Below, piece after piece: positions 1-9,372 of a DNA stretch of 64,000 nt. The notes beneath the pieces are model-generated. The model ran no database searches. It was given only the letters and a program-made list of their open reading frames with translations, and was not told the DNA's origin. Origin of the DNA: Picochlorum sp. SENEW3 (Eukaryota); NCBI GenBank assembly GCA_034226945.1, contig CP120459.1, forward strand, positions 124,001 to 188,000. The letters are read 5' to 3'. The position numbers and the translations under genes are program-made. How positions within the stretch are numbered: position 1 is the first letter of the stretch; each line of letters opens with the position of its first letter.

Positions 1-285
1 GGCATTGAACATTGCCCAAAATTGCTTCGCCTCTGTCACCGTATCCTTCACTTGCAGCTCATGAATACACTGAGACGTCGTTTTGAATTTCAAACTAGCC
101 CTATCAAACGTATGCGAGGGCTCCCACTTGGTCGGCGGAACTATTTTCGCCATCCCAGCGAGCTCAGCCTGCCGACGGACAGAGGCCAGATACCCAAGAG
201 GATTCCTCCATTCTGCCTCGGTGGGCCTAAAAACAGGAATATCTGGACACTCTATACAACCTGTGCGCTCTTTATGCCCGCCCAT
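1..285 (-). CDS. JmjN-domain protein, probably a KDM5/JARID1-type histone demethylase; 5' part only, runs off the window edge
   Basis: Not in the ORF track. Manual translation from ATG at 285 gives MGGHKERTGCIECPDIPVFRPTEAEWRNPLGYLASVRRQAELAGMAKIVPPTKW..., matching the JmjN signature P(V)FxPTxxE(F/W)xxPxxYxxxxxxxxExxGxxKIVPP. Confidence 0.85.
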   Translation of the reverse strand, partial: MGGHKERTGCIECPDIPVFRPTEAEWRNPLGYLASVRRQAELAGMAKIVPPTKWEPSHTFDRASLKFKTTSQCIHELQVKDTVTEAKQFWAMFNA

Positions 286-1004
286 ATCAGATACTGTCCT
301 CTGTATGGCACAGAAAAGGCAGAGTTGCAGTCTGGCGACTTGCCAATCCTAAAAGACGTTCAGTATGAACACTGTACACCGCAGGTCTTGCATAGTTTTG
401 ACACAGTGAATACCATATGGTGTTTTTAATTTTAGTATGCGTCTCATGTACCAAGGACGCTGTGTCTTCATGGGCAAGATCTTGGGGCCTCAATCTCCCA
501 CACACATCCCCATGTGGGGACTGCAGTCCAGCTGGCCAGTCTGCTGTGTGCAAGAAGAAAGCTTGATATTTTTCGAATTACTACGACTGGTATGCCTCTA
601 TGGATGGTATCCATGCCTATCTATGATACAGATTCCACCTTCTTCTTTGTGAAAGAGGAAGACAACAATAACAAGGAGAAGAAGAAGGCTTGAGTACAAT
701 AAAGACCTATTGCAATGGGGAACATGATGATGATGGCCATCATCAACATCCTCTCTGCTGCTCATTTTAATACTAGCAAAAAATCAGAATGAAATTCTTT
801 GTAGTACAGAGACCATGGTAGTACAAATAGGAGCCGATGAACTCCTTTCTTGTGTGTCGATTGACTCGCCTGTCATGTTTTCTTCAGTCGAGTACTAATA
901 CCGCCCTGTGCTTCCATGCGAGGGGTCTTTCCATGGGAGGAATTCAGAAGAAAAAAGAGACGAATCAGTATAGCACAATAACCAAGGCTGAGTATAGAAG
1001 ATCC

Positions 1005-1943
1005 ATGGCCGAGTCAACCTGGTTTCAAGGCCGAGAGGATGCGTATGGTGGTTTTATCATAGATTCTTTGTCCATTCCATCGACTATAGATGAGTTTGAA
1101 AGTCAATTATCATCTTCTTTAGAGTACTGGAAGCATGAGCGCGAGTACAGAGGGATTTGGCTTAAACTGCATAGACAGCATCAGCATCACCTCATTTCAC
1201 CTGCATGTACCAAAGGGTTTGAGTTTCATCATGCTGAGAAGGACTATATTATGATGACACGGTGGCTTCCTGAGGATGTGCCATCCACCCTTCCCCCGAA
1301 TGCTTCGCATCAAATTGGAGTGGGTGCGTTTGTATATGATGCAGCATCCAGGCAGGTGCTCGTGGTGCAGGAGAAGAATGGTCCTTTGAAAGGGATGGGG
1401 GTGTGGAAGATGCCGACTGGTCTGGTGAATGAGGGTGAGGATATCACAGAAGCAGCTGTTCGAGAGGTGGAGGAGGAGACGCAGGTGAAGGTGACGTTTC
1501 AGTCTGTGCTTAGCTTGAGGCAGAGCCATGGCTTTGCTTTTGGAAAGAGCGATTTATTCTTTGTTGTGGCGTGTGCCGTGGATTTCTCAGCATACCAAGG
1601 GATACACAATGTAGATGAGATTGTGATGATGCCGCAGGAATCAGAAATTGAACGATGCTCATGGATTCCTTTGGATGAGTTTGTGGGGATAGAGTTCATG
1701 AGGTCTAGACCACTGTATAAACAGATTATGGACACGTGTTATGCGTATGCTCAGGGTCGGTATCGAGGGCTTTCTGGGGCGAAACTTGCAAGTCGATCTG
1801 AGAAGGAAGATTTGTTGCTGTTTTCTGAGCAACACATCCAAGAAGAAGAAAAAGAAGAAGAAGAACAAGTGTTCTTGAAAAGCAACACATCTGCATCGCC
1901 TGATGGTCAAGACAAGGGTGACCGATGGATTGGCATGTCTTAA
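1005..1943 (+). CDS. Nudix hydrolase (plant NUDT2/6/7/8, animal NUDT6-like)
   Basis: Nudix box GLVNEGEDITEAAVREVEEETQV plus the family N-terminal motif GFEFHHAEKDYIMMTRWLP...LPPNASHQIGVGAFV. The start is uncertain (837, 933 or 1005). Confidence 0.92.
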   Translation: MAESTWFQGREDAYGGFIIDSLSIPSTIDEFESQLSSSLEYWKHEREYRGIWLKLHRQHQHHLISPACTKGFEFHHAEKDYIMMTRWLPEDVPSTLPPNASHQIGVGAFVYDAASRQVLVVQEKNGPLKGMGVWKMPTGLVNEGEDITEAAVREVEEETQVKVTFQSVLSLRQSHGFAFGKSDLFFVVACAVDFSAYQGIHNVDEIVMMPQESEIERCSWIPLDEFVGIEFMRSRPLYKQIMDTCYAYAQGRYRGLSGAKLASRSEKEDLLLFSEQHIQEEEKEEEEQVFLKSNTSASPDGQDKGDRWIGMS

Positions 1944-2018
1944 TTCATTTTTAAAAAAACAATAGTATTTAATAAAAATAATGTACATGAATTCTACTAG
2001 AGTGCATGGATAGTGAGT

Positions 2019-3200
2019 ATGCGAGCAAACTCGTGCGTTGTCATTGACGTGGGGAGTCAATGCGTGAAAGCTGGGTTTGCGGATACGTTTCCAAAGGAGC
2101 AAGAGCCCCATATAGTACGTCTAGATACTAATGAATTCATCCATCTTGATACATTCGTGACTGTGTGTGTTTGGGGAGTGTAGATTGTAGAAAATGCAGT
2201 TGTAGCAGAGGAAGATATCCCTCAGGCGTTAGAATACGATGATGCTTTGAAGCAAAAGGTGTTTTATATACATCCGATGAAGAAGGGGGTATTGAGTGAT
2301 GTGGATGCGTTGGAGGTGGTGATTGGGCATGTGTTGTATGGCATGTGTGGTTGGATACAGGGTGCAGAGGAGCATGTGGTGATGGTGGAGCCTATTCTTA
2401 CGTCGAAATTGGATCGGGAGAGGATGGCGCAGGTGATGTTTGAGACGTTTAATCTGTCGACGTATTTTGTGACGGATGCTGCGGTGGCATCGTTGTATTC
2501 TGTGGGCAAGACTGGGGGCATTGTGGTTGATGTCGGGTTTGAAAAGATTGATGTGGCGCCGGTGTTGGAGGGCGTGATGCATCCTTCTGTGGCGAGTCGA
2601 GTGCCTGTTGGGGGCAAGCATATGACGGATGTGTTGATGGATGTGCTGAATGAGGAGTATGGGTGTCATGTGTCGTTTCATGAGGCAGAGGACATCAAGG
2701 TGGGGGCATGTCGGCATGGGATGAACGAGGAGTCGTACGAATATACGCTGCCCGATGGGCAGAAAATTAATGTGGTAGATCAATTAAGTAGGGTCAAGTC
2801 GCGGATTTTGGAGCCGAGTTCGTTTGGGTTGGATGTCCCATCGTTGGCAGAGTCGTGTATTCATGCGAGTATGGTGACCACGGTGCATGGGGAAAGGGAT
2901 TCTAGGAAGACACTGATGGAGAATGTATTTATGTGTGGTGGAGGGAGTGGTGTTCCTGATTTGTCGGTTGATTTATTGAAGCAGATATCGTCGAGAGCTC
3001 ATGCATCACTGACTCCTGGATTGTGTCAGGTACCAGAGCACATGCCTCAGCATACGGGGCTGTATTCGTCTTGGTTTGGAGGATCTGTGATTGGGTCTGT
3101 AATTTATAATCAAGCGAATGCTCAAATAGGGCAGCAAGCTGTGACCAAAGGGGAGTATCATGAATATGGGCCTAGTGCAGTTCATCGACATTGTAGCTGA
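2019..3200 (+). CDS. ARP7: Actin-related protein 7 (nuclear ARP); exons 2019-2114 and 2184-3200
   Basis: Exon 1 (MRANSCVVIDVGSQCVKAGFA) carries the actin phosphate-1 motif. GT-AG intron 2115-2183 keeps the frame. KIDVAPVLEG, VPEHMPQHTGLYSSWFGG and VTKGEYHEYGPSAVHRHCS resemble plant ARP7. Confidence 0.85.
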
Positions 3201-3289
3201 GTGTAATTTTGATTGTCACATCGTCAAATATATAGTACGTCAAAAAAATGCATGCACTGTGTAAAATTAGAAAGACAAGTATCTAGTTC

Positions 3290-3518
3290 TCATGCTTTTG
3301 GCTTTTTTCTTGAGCCTGGTGGCCTACCCCTGCGAGCTTTGGGCTTGACGATTATACTGATCGATAATTGGCGGCCCATCCTGTCGAGGTTTCATATCCA
3401 AATCCTCATCCTCAAAACTGCTATAACCAGTTTCGACAGGTTCAGTCCCCACTGTGCATCCGTTCTTTGAGTCGCATCTACCTTGACATCTACACTAGTT
3501 TCTTTTTCAATGGTCCCA
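3290..3518 (-). pseudogene. Decayed duplicate of the 3' part of the bromodomain gene
   Basis: 3201-3349 matches 5209-5357 and 3360-3518 matches 6627-6792. About 1.27 kb is deleted between the two blocks and replaced by a 10-nt filler; there is also a 7-nt deletion and substitutions. Confidence 0.9.
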
Positions 3519-4183
3519 AGAAGAGGGCAGAATGTGTATCAGATGGTGGTGCAGTGTCATCAAAGGGTATGTCTCTTGAAGATTACATTGTACTGTTGTG
3601 TGGGGAGCTTTGTAGGCCACCTTCATTGCTTTGAAAAGGTTGAACCTGTAAAATTATATTTGAACGCATGACGGCTACCATGGGAATATCTGAAGACATC
3701 CATCCGTGAATGTGGATGGCTGGAATTGTCAAGTCTTCTTGCTCACTCCAGTTGGAGATGTGGTAAACTGGTTTCATCACAAGGTTTTGAGTCCTCGTGC
3801 TATCAGCAAAATACAACCGAATGTACTACTTTAATGCACTGCCATGTTCTCTGTGCTAATGGTGTCATTGCGCGTACAAACCCCCGGGCAGATGATTTTC
3901 CAATCCACGCAAGCACAAGAGAAGGTACCCTCTTCCATTGGAGAAATCAGACGAAGCTTCCATACTTGCACGTGGCAATCTTTACAGCTGACACGTGTTC
4001 TCTCATCTGTCCGAGTCAACATAATAGAGTTGACTCGAGAACAACCAGCGTAATGAAAATCTCGCATAATAATTACATGATATTCCTTGGTGGACAGTGT
4101 GTACAAAACCTTTACAAAAAACCCATTATAAATCCCTCACCATATCTCTCGAAAGCCCATTGTACTTCATACTGTATCTCAAC

Positions 4184-4633
4184 ATGGGACGCAATGATAT
4201 GATTCAAATGTGCTTGGCACTCATGTTCTACATGATGTTGGCTGTGTTGTTGGGGAGTCAAACAAGCAGTGCCCAATCCAATCCGGAGGATTTTGCAGAC
4301 TCCTCTGGTCCGTGCGCCTGCAGGAATGGGCAGTGCAGGGAACTCACTTTTACTCCTTCAGAATGCGAGTACAACGGGTCTTCTAAATCATGCCGCGTTT
4401 CTGACGACTGTGAGAGGGCTCGTGAAACATTCTTTGGCAAGTACCTCTGCTGTACTGATGAAGAGGAGGACTACACAGTCTGTGCCACCCAGGGCGGCTT
4501 TGATGGCCAAGGGAGCTGCAGAAATGACGGCGATTGCGACATTACTATTGGAGACGTCTGCGTACGCAAAGATTTCGACGACGCCACACCAGGAGGATGC
4601 TGCGCTGTTCCATATGATGATGGAAGTAGTTGA
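4184..4633 (+). CDS. Small secreted cysteine-rich acidic protein (149 aa), orphan
   Basis: Signal peptide (MCLALMFYMMLAVLLGSQTSSA) and 14 Cys in the mature part, arranged as two related modules. TATAAA at ~4127 and the green-algal poly(A) signal TGTAA at 4721. Confidence 0.75.
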   Translation: MGRNDMIQMCLALMFYMMLAVLLGSQTSSAQSNPEDFADSSGPCACRNGQCRELTFTPSECEYNGSSKSCRVSDDCERARETFFGKYLCCTDEEEDYTVCATQGGFDGQGSCRNDGDCDITIGDVCVRKDFDDATPGGCCAVPYDDGSS

Positions 4634-4849
4634 GGGCCCCTGCCTGCTTGCTTGTGTGGGCGGCACACGCGCATCATGTGTCTGTTTGTGTATTTCATGC
4701 TCATTCATGTACTATGTTTGTGTAAGAAACAATGCCCCTTCACCGAAGATGCGATGCGATCCTGCTTCTTGTGGCCTCAACTAGAGTGAGGCAGGCAAAT
4801 TTGCCTCCTTGAATTAAAGGTCATGACCCAGGAAACCCCTCCCTGGGAT

Positions 4850-5208
4850 TGTGGTAGATCAATTAAGTAGGGTCAAGTCGCGGATCTTCCGCGCTGCTGA
4901 GTTCGTTTGAGTTGGATGTCCCATCGTTGGCAGAGTCGTGTATTCATGCGAGTATGGTGACCACGGTGCATGGGGAAAGGGATTCTAGGAAGACGCTGAC
5001 GGAGAATGTATTTATGTGTGGTGGAGGGAGTGGTGTTCCTGATTTGTCTGTTGATTTATTGAAGCAGATATCGTCGAGAGCTCATGCGTCACTGACTCCT
5101 GGATTGTGTCAGGTACCAGAGCACATGCCTCAGCATGCCAGGTTGTATTATTATCCCGGGGAGTATCATGAATATGGGCCTAGTGCAGTTCATCGACATT
5201 GTAGCTGA
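4850..5208 (+). pseudogene. Decayed duplicate of the 3' part of ARP7
   Basis: Matches 2771-3200 with a net +4 frameshift at ~4885, an 83-nt segment replaced by 8 nt at 5150-5157, and point substitutions. The 5' end is absent. Confidence 0.92.
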
Positions 5209-5297
5209 GTGTATTTTTGATTGTCACATCGTCAAATATATAGTACGTCAAAAAAATGCATGCACTGTGTAAAATTAGAAAGACAAGTATCTAGTTC

Positions 5298-7511
5298 TCA
5301 TGCTTTTGGCTTTTTTCTTGAGCCTGGTGGCCTACCCCTGCGAGCTTTGGGCTTGACAAGCTCGGTTTTGCTGGAAAATGGGCCATCTCTGGCGGCCATC
5401 TTGTTGTCTGATTGAAGCCCAAGGGCCATGGTAGATAATGGTGTTTTACCATTGGATACTGAGGGCTCTTTGGCATTGGATGTAGCATCTTTCTGCGTGT
5501 CATCTGATGTGACTTTGCCACTGGACCCAGACCGTTTTCTCTTGTCGGAGAGAGGGGCTCTCACTGCCATCATGCTTCGGCCACGTCCATCGCCCATGTT
5601 TTTCCTTGCATTGCTGGCGATGGCAGAGTTGTATCTTTGTCTTTCTTCCTCCTCGTTCTGCTTGTGTCTCATTTCGTATGCTTCATCAGATGTATCTTCC
5701 TCGCTGCTTCCCTCGTCACCTAGAACTTGCTTTGCAACAGTTGATGCCACAAGATTCACTGTCACGGCTGTAGCTTCCTTTTTTCCAGTGTCTTCGAAAG
5801 AGTTGGCACGATTTGTCTCTTCGAATCCCTTCTTGTATGCTCTCATCACTTCTTCTCGCTTTTTCAGCTCTTCCTCTGGCAGCGTACGGACAGGAGGAGT
5901 CTCAATTGTCTTCACCTGAACTCTTTCAACGAATTTTGGAGATCCCATGGCTCCAGGAATGACAACATCATTCAATCCAAATTCCTCACGCGTCCTTCGT
6001 TTGCGCACAAGTCGGCCACCACTGTCATCAGAGTTGTATGGAACAGACATGGATGCCATACGGGAAGGGGTTGTTTGCCTGCTCAATCCTCTGCCTCGTC
6101 CTCTGCCTCGACCACGCCCACGTCCCGTTCGGATAGCAGGTGGCCTGCCTTTGAAGGATGGTGGGAATGCAGATGGAGGGCGCAACGCGGTCAATGTTCT
6201 TCGTGCTGCTTTCAGTTTGGCCTCAATAATTGTGAGAGATGCATGGCAAACTGCTGGATAGTTGGGATTCATCACGCTTGATGCTTTGCTCGAGCTCTCT
6301 TTCAATGCCTCCTTACTGTGTCCATACTGTTCCCTGAAAAATGGCACATGTGCTTCCAAATTAGCAGCTGTTAGGCCTGGAACATTGACCCTGGGCTTTC
6401 TTGCAAGCTCCTCTGTTGCAGAGGTCTCATCTAATTTACTCAATTCATCAATATACTGTTGCTTCTGCCTTTCAAGTTCTCTAACACGAATTCTAAGCCA
6501 TTGTAATCTCCAGAGAATACTATTCTGCGTTTTCTGCTCGATACCAGGAATAGAAGAATCCACTGTGATTGACATGTCTTCTTCCTTTTCCCGGGGGTTG
6601 ATCGGGACAGTCTCAACAGGGGACTCATCGATAATTGGCGGCCCATCCTGTCGAGGTTTCATATCCAAATCCTCATCCTCAAAACTGCTATAACCAGTTT
6701 CGACAGGTCCAGTCCCCACTGATTTCTGTGCATCCGGTCTTTGAGTTGCATCTACCTTGACATCTACACTAGTTTCTTTTTCAATGGTCCCATTGGGTGG
6801 TACATGCTTCTTCTCCTCAGCCTCATCTTCGCACGCCTTCACACCTGGTTTTCCACCAGGGTGCAGTACATCCAATGCTTTACGACCATTTAACTCGCAT
6901 TCTAAAAGTTGCTTCATCCCAGCTCTGAGAATAACCAGTGCCTGCTTATGAACTCGTGACCTCTTCTGGTTGTACAACATCGCATTGTTGAATATTAGCT
7001 CAAAATCTCTAACAAGATCCTGCCATACAACATATTCACTAGACATGATTTTATCCCTCATAAAATCAAAGCACATTGGTTTTTTGATGACCGAATGATA
7101 GTTGGGAGCGTCCTTCTCAGTCACTGGATGTTGGAACCAGCCTTCTGTATCCAGTTGGCTCACCTTGTCGACGATACCAAGCAGACATTCCCTAGCTTCT
7201 TCCATCTTACTGGCGTCACCATTGGAATGGCGTTGCTGAGATGAAAAGCCATCCCCACTCGATTCCTTGAAGCCACTATTGTTTGCTACCCTAGTTGCCC
7301 CAGAGGCTGCCTTTTGGTCCTGTCCAGGAGTTGCAACGTTATTATGATTATCAGATCCTGCATATTCTGAAGCTTCTCTACTACCACTCTCTTTGTGAGC
7401 ATGGGGAGCACCATCCTCACAGTGGCAACCATTCAAGTCTGTGTCAAGCCCTGGAGAAGAATGGCCACCCACCGACTGCTTTGCAGCCTCCTCCTTACAC
7501 TGACACATCAT
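5298..7511 (-). CDS. Bromodomain-containing protein with coiled coil, RG repeat and C-terminal AT-hook-like motif
   Basis: Bromodomain WFQHPVTEKDAPNYHSVIKKPMCF...FELIFNNAMLYN; GRGRGRGRG tract; terminal RRGRPPGS. Confidence 0.88.
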   Translation of the reverse strand: MMCQCKEEAAKQSVGGHSSPGLDTDLNGCHCEDGAPHAHKESGSREASEYAGSDNHNNVATPGQDQKAASGATRVANNSGFKESSGDGFSSQQRHSNGDASKMEEARECLLGIVDKVSQLDTEGWFQHPVTEKDAPNYHSVIKKPMCFDFMRDKIMSSEYVVWQDLVRDFELIFNNAMLYNQKRSRVHKQALVILRAGMKQLLECELNGRKALDVLHPGGKPGVKACEDEAEEKKHVPPNGTIEKETSVDVKVDATQRPDAQKSVGTGPVETGYSSFEDEDLDMKPRQDGPPIIDESPVETVPINPREKEEDMSITVDSSIPGIEQKTQNSILWRLQWLRIRVRELERQKQQYIDELSKLDETSATEELARKPRVNVPGLTAANLEAHVPFFREQYGHSKEALKESSSKASSVMNPNYPAVCHASLTIIEAKLKAARRTLTALRPPSAFPPSFKGRPPAIRTGRGRGRGRGRGRGLSRQTTPSRMASMSVPYNSDDSGGRLVRKRRTREEFGLNDVVIPGAMGSPKFVERVQVKTIETPPVRTLPEEELKKREEVMRAYKKGFEETNRANSFEDTGKKEATAVTVNLVASTVAKQVLGDEGSSEEDTSDEAYEMRHKQNEEEERQRYNSAIASNARKNMGDGRGRSMMAVRAPLSDKRKRSGSSGKVTSDDTQKDATSNAKEPSVSNGKTPLSTMALGLQSDNKMAARDGPFSSKTELVKPKARRGRPPGSRKKPKA

Positions 7512-8141
7512 AAATGCTGCACCTGGAGACTTGAAATAGCCGACTAGATCTGTATCGTCATTCTCAGAACAAGAAGAGTGGGACAGCCCACGTCACACTG
7601 AAGCTACTTTTCCTCTCTGACGCACAAAACAGCCCACCACAGGTTCAATAATCACCTAGAAATGCTTATGATACCAAACGAGGCCCTGGACAACGAAAGA
7701 AAATACCAGCATGAGACGACAAAGCACGGCCACCGGTGCGCGACAATATATCCTCCCAAGCAAACGCCATACGATGCTCAAGAGATAATGATACAAAACT
7801 ATTTAAACAAATAAAGTTGCAGGACATGCTGCTGCAACCAACAAGCCCTCGGAATGCCCGACGACACTTCTTCGGACTCATCAGAGCGCGTGAACAGCCA
7901 CTAACGCACCTCTTCCAGCTCCAATATACCGCACATAAATTCACAGATGATTTTATACAACAACGAGTGGAAAGAAGTTACTTTCAAGGCGGCGCTTCTG
8001 GTTGTCATAGGGTTGGTAGCCCACTCGCACACCGTGATAAAAACATTAGAATATTCAAGATTTTCTCTGTATATACACAATTCATGGCCATCGCTAGCAT
8101 CGGAATTCAAAGATATGGTTATTTAAATACCATTCGCGGTC

Positions 8142-9266
8142 ATGATATCAGTCTGTGTTGGAAGCTCGTGGCAATCCAGAGCACGGGTCGCGTGCGACTC
8201 CTCTTCGAAGCCACGGACGACAGTCTATCGAAACACAAGTGCACGAGTATATTTTAAATCTCATGAGGGTCATCGAGTACGGTACAATCTTGCGAGAGAG
8301 GCCAATCCTCGCTCCACAGAAGGAGAGGAAGAACAAGGGCCAGGTCCCTCCAACGACTTGAGCGACGTCTCATCATCGCAAACGACAATGTTCAAAGCTG
8401 TGGGTATTTTATCGGGCTTGGGGATGTTAGAGACTGGGTATCTCGGCCTCATGTCCCTCCTCAACCAGTCAGTGGTATGCCCAGTTGCTGGAGACACTGC
8501 ATCATGCAATACCATTTTAGGAAGCGAGTACGCTATGCTATGGGATGCGATACCTCTCTCTATTCTAGGCAGTATCACATATGGTGCGGTAGCAGTCTCC
8601 GCCTGGTGGGGACTGGCATCAGAGAATGCCACTGGGGTGCTGCAGAAGAAACTTGTCATGGCTGGCAGTGCATTGCTGTTATCCACGAGCGCATATTTAG
8701 CATATATTTTAGCAACAGTCTTTCCAGGCGACGTATGTCCATGGTGTCTTGCGTCCATCGCCTTGTCCTTGGGCATTGCAGCAAGCATTGTTGCAAACAC
8801 AAAGCAGCAAGAGCTGGAAGATCAGGCCATGCCTGGTGCAAGTCTGATGGCAGCAACTATATTATTTTTATCTCTTAGTCTGGGAAATCCAGATGCTTCT
8901 GAAGCAGGCTCAAGGATCACGCGACTAGACTACAAGGAGCCAGTGATTACAAACCAGAGCTCTGACAGAGCACTGGCCTTGGTGGCCAGATTGAGGGCAG
9001 ACGGTGCGAAAATGTTTGGAGCCTTCTGGTGTGGACATTGTTATGAACAGAAACAAGACTTTGGTTCCCGAGCCATGGAGGATTTCCCATATGTGGAGTG
9101 TTTCCCAGATGGTTGGGCACAGGGTGTTAGCATGGCATCTGCCTGCAAGGAAGCAGGATTGAACGGCTTTCCTACATGGATTATAGGAGATGAGAAATTA
9201 GAGGGTGAGCAAAGCTTTGATAGACTCGAAGCTGCACTTGATGCCTTGGAAGGAGTTCAGAAATAA
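8142..9266 (+). CDS. LTO1: Thylakoid VKOR-thioredoxin fusion (lumen thiol oxidoreductase)
   Basis: Transit-like N-terminus; VKOR domain (C..C.TIL.SEYA, CPWC); thioredoxin-like domain FGAFWCGHC...YVEC...GFPTW. Confidence 0.92.
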   Translation: MISVCVGSSWQSRARVACDSSSKPRTTVYRNTSARVYFKSHEGHRVRYNLAREANPRSTEGEEEQGPGPSNDLSDVSSSQTTMFKAVGILSGLGMLETGYLGLMSLLNQSVVCPVAGDTASCNTILGSEYAMLWDAIPLSILGSITYGAVAVSAWWGLASENATGVLQKKLVMAGSALLLSTSAYLAYILATVFPGDVCPWCLASIALSLGIAASIVANTKQQELEDQAMPGASLMAATILFLSLSLGNPDASEAGSRITRLDYKEPVITNQSSDRALALVARLRADGAKMFGAFWCGHCYEQKQDFGSRAMEDFPYVECFPDGWAQGVSMASACKEAGLNGFPTWIIGDEKLEGEQSFDRLEAALDALEGVQK

Positions 9267-9372
9267 ATACACAATGGCATGTAGGGCCATGATGTTGTGC
9301 ATCGTCGTTGAATAGTTCTTTTTTAAGCAGTAATCAATTACATAGATATTATTGTGAATATTGGGGCGTGAT

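Noticed and set aside
287..553. uORF ending 1 nt before the JmjN start codon
   Set aside because: It starts at TTG, has no in-frame ATG and no recognisable motif.
7666..8141. ORFs in the bromodomain/LTO1 divergent gap
   Set aside because: No motifs and mostly non-ATG starts; more likely promoter and UTR sequence.
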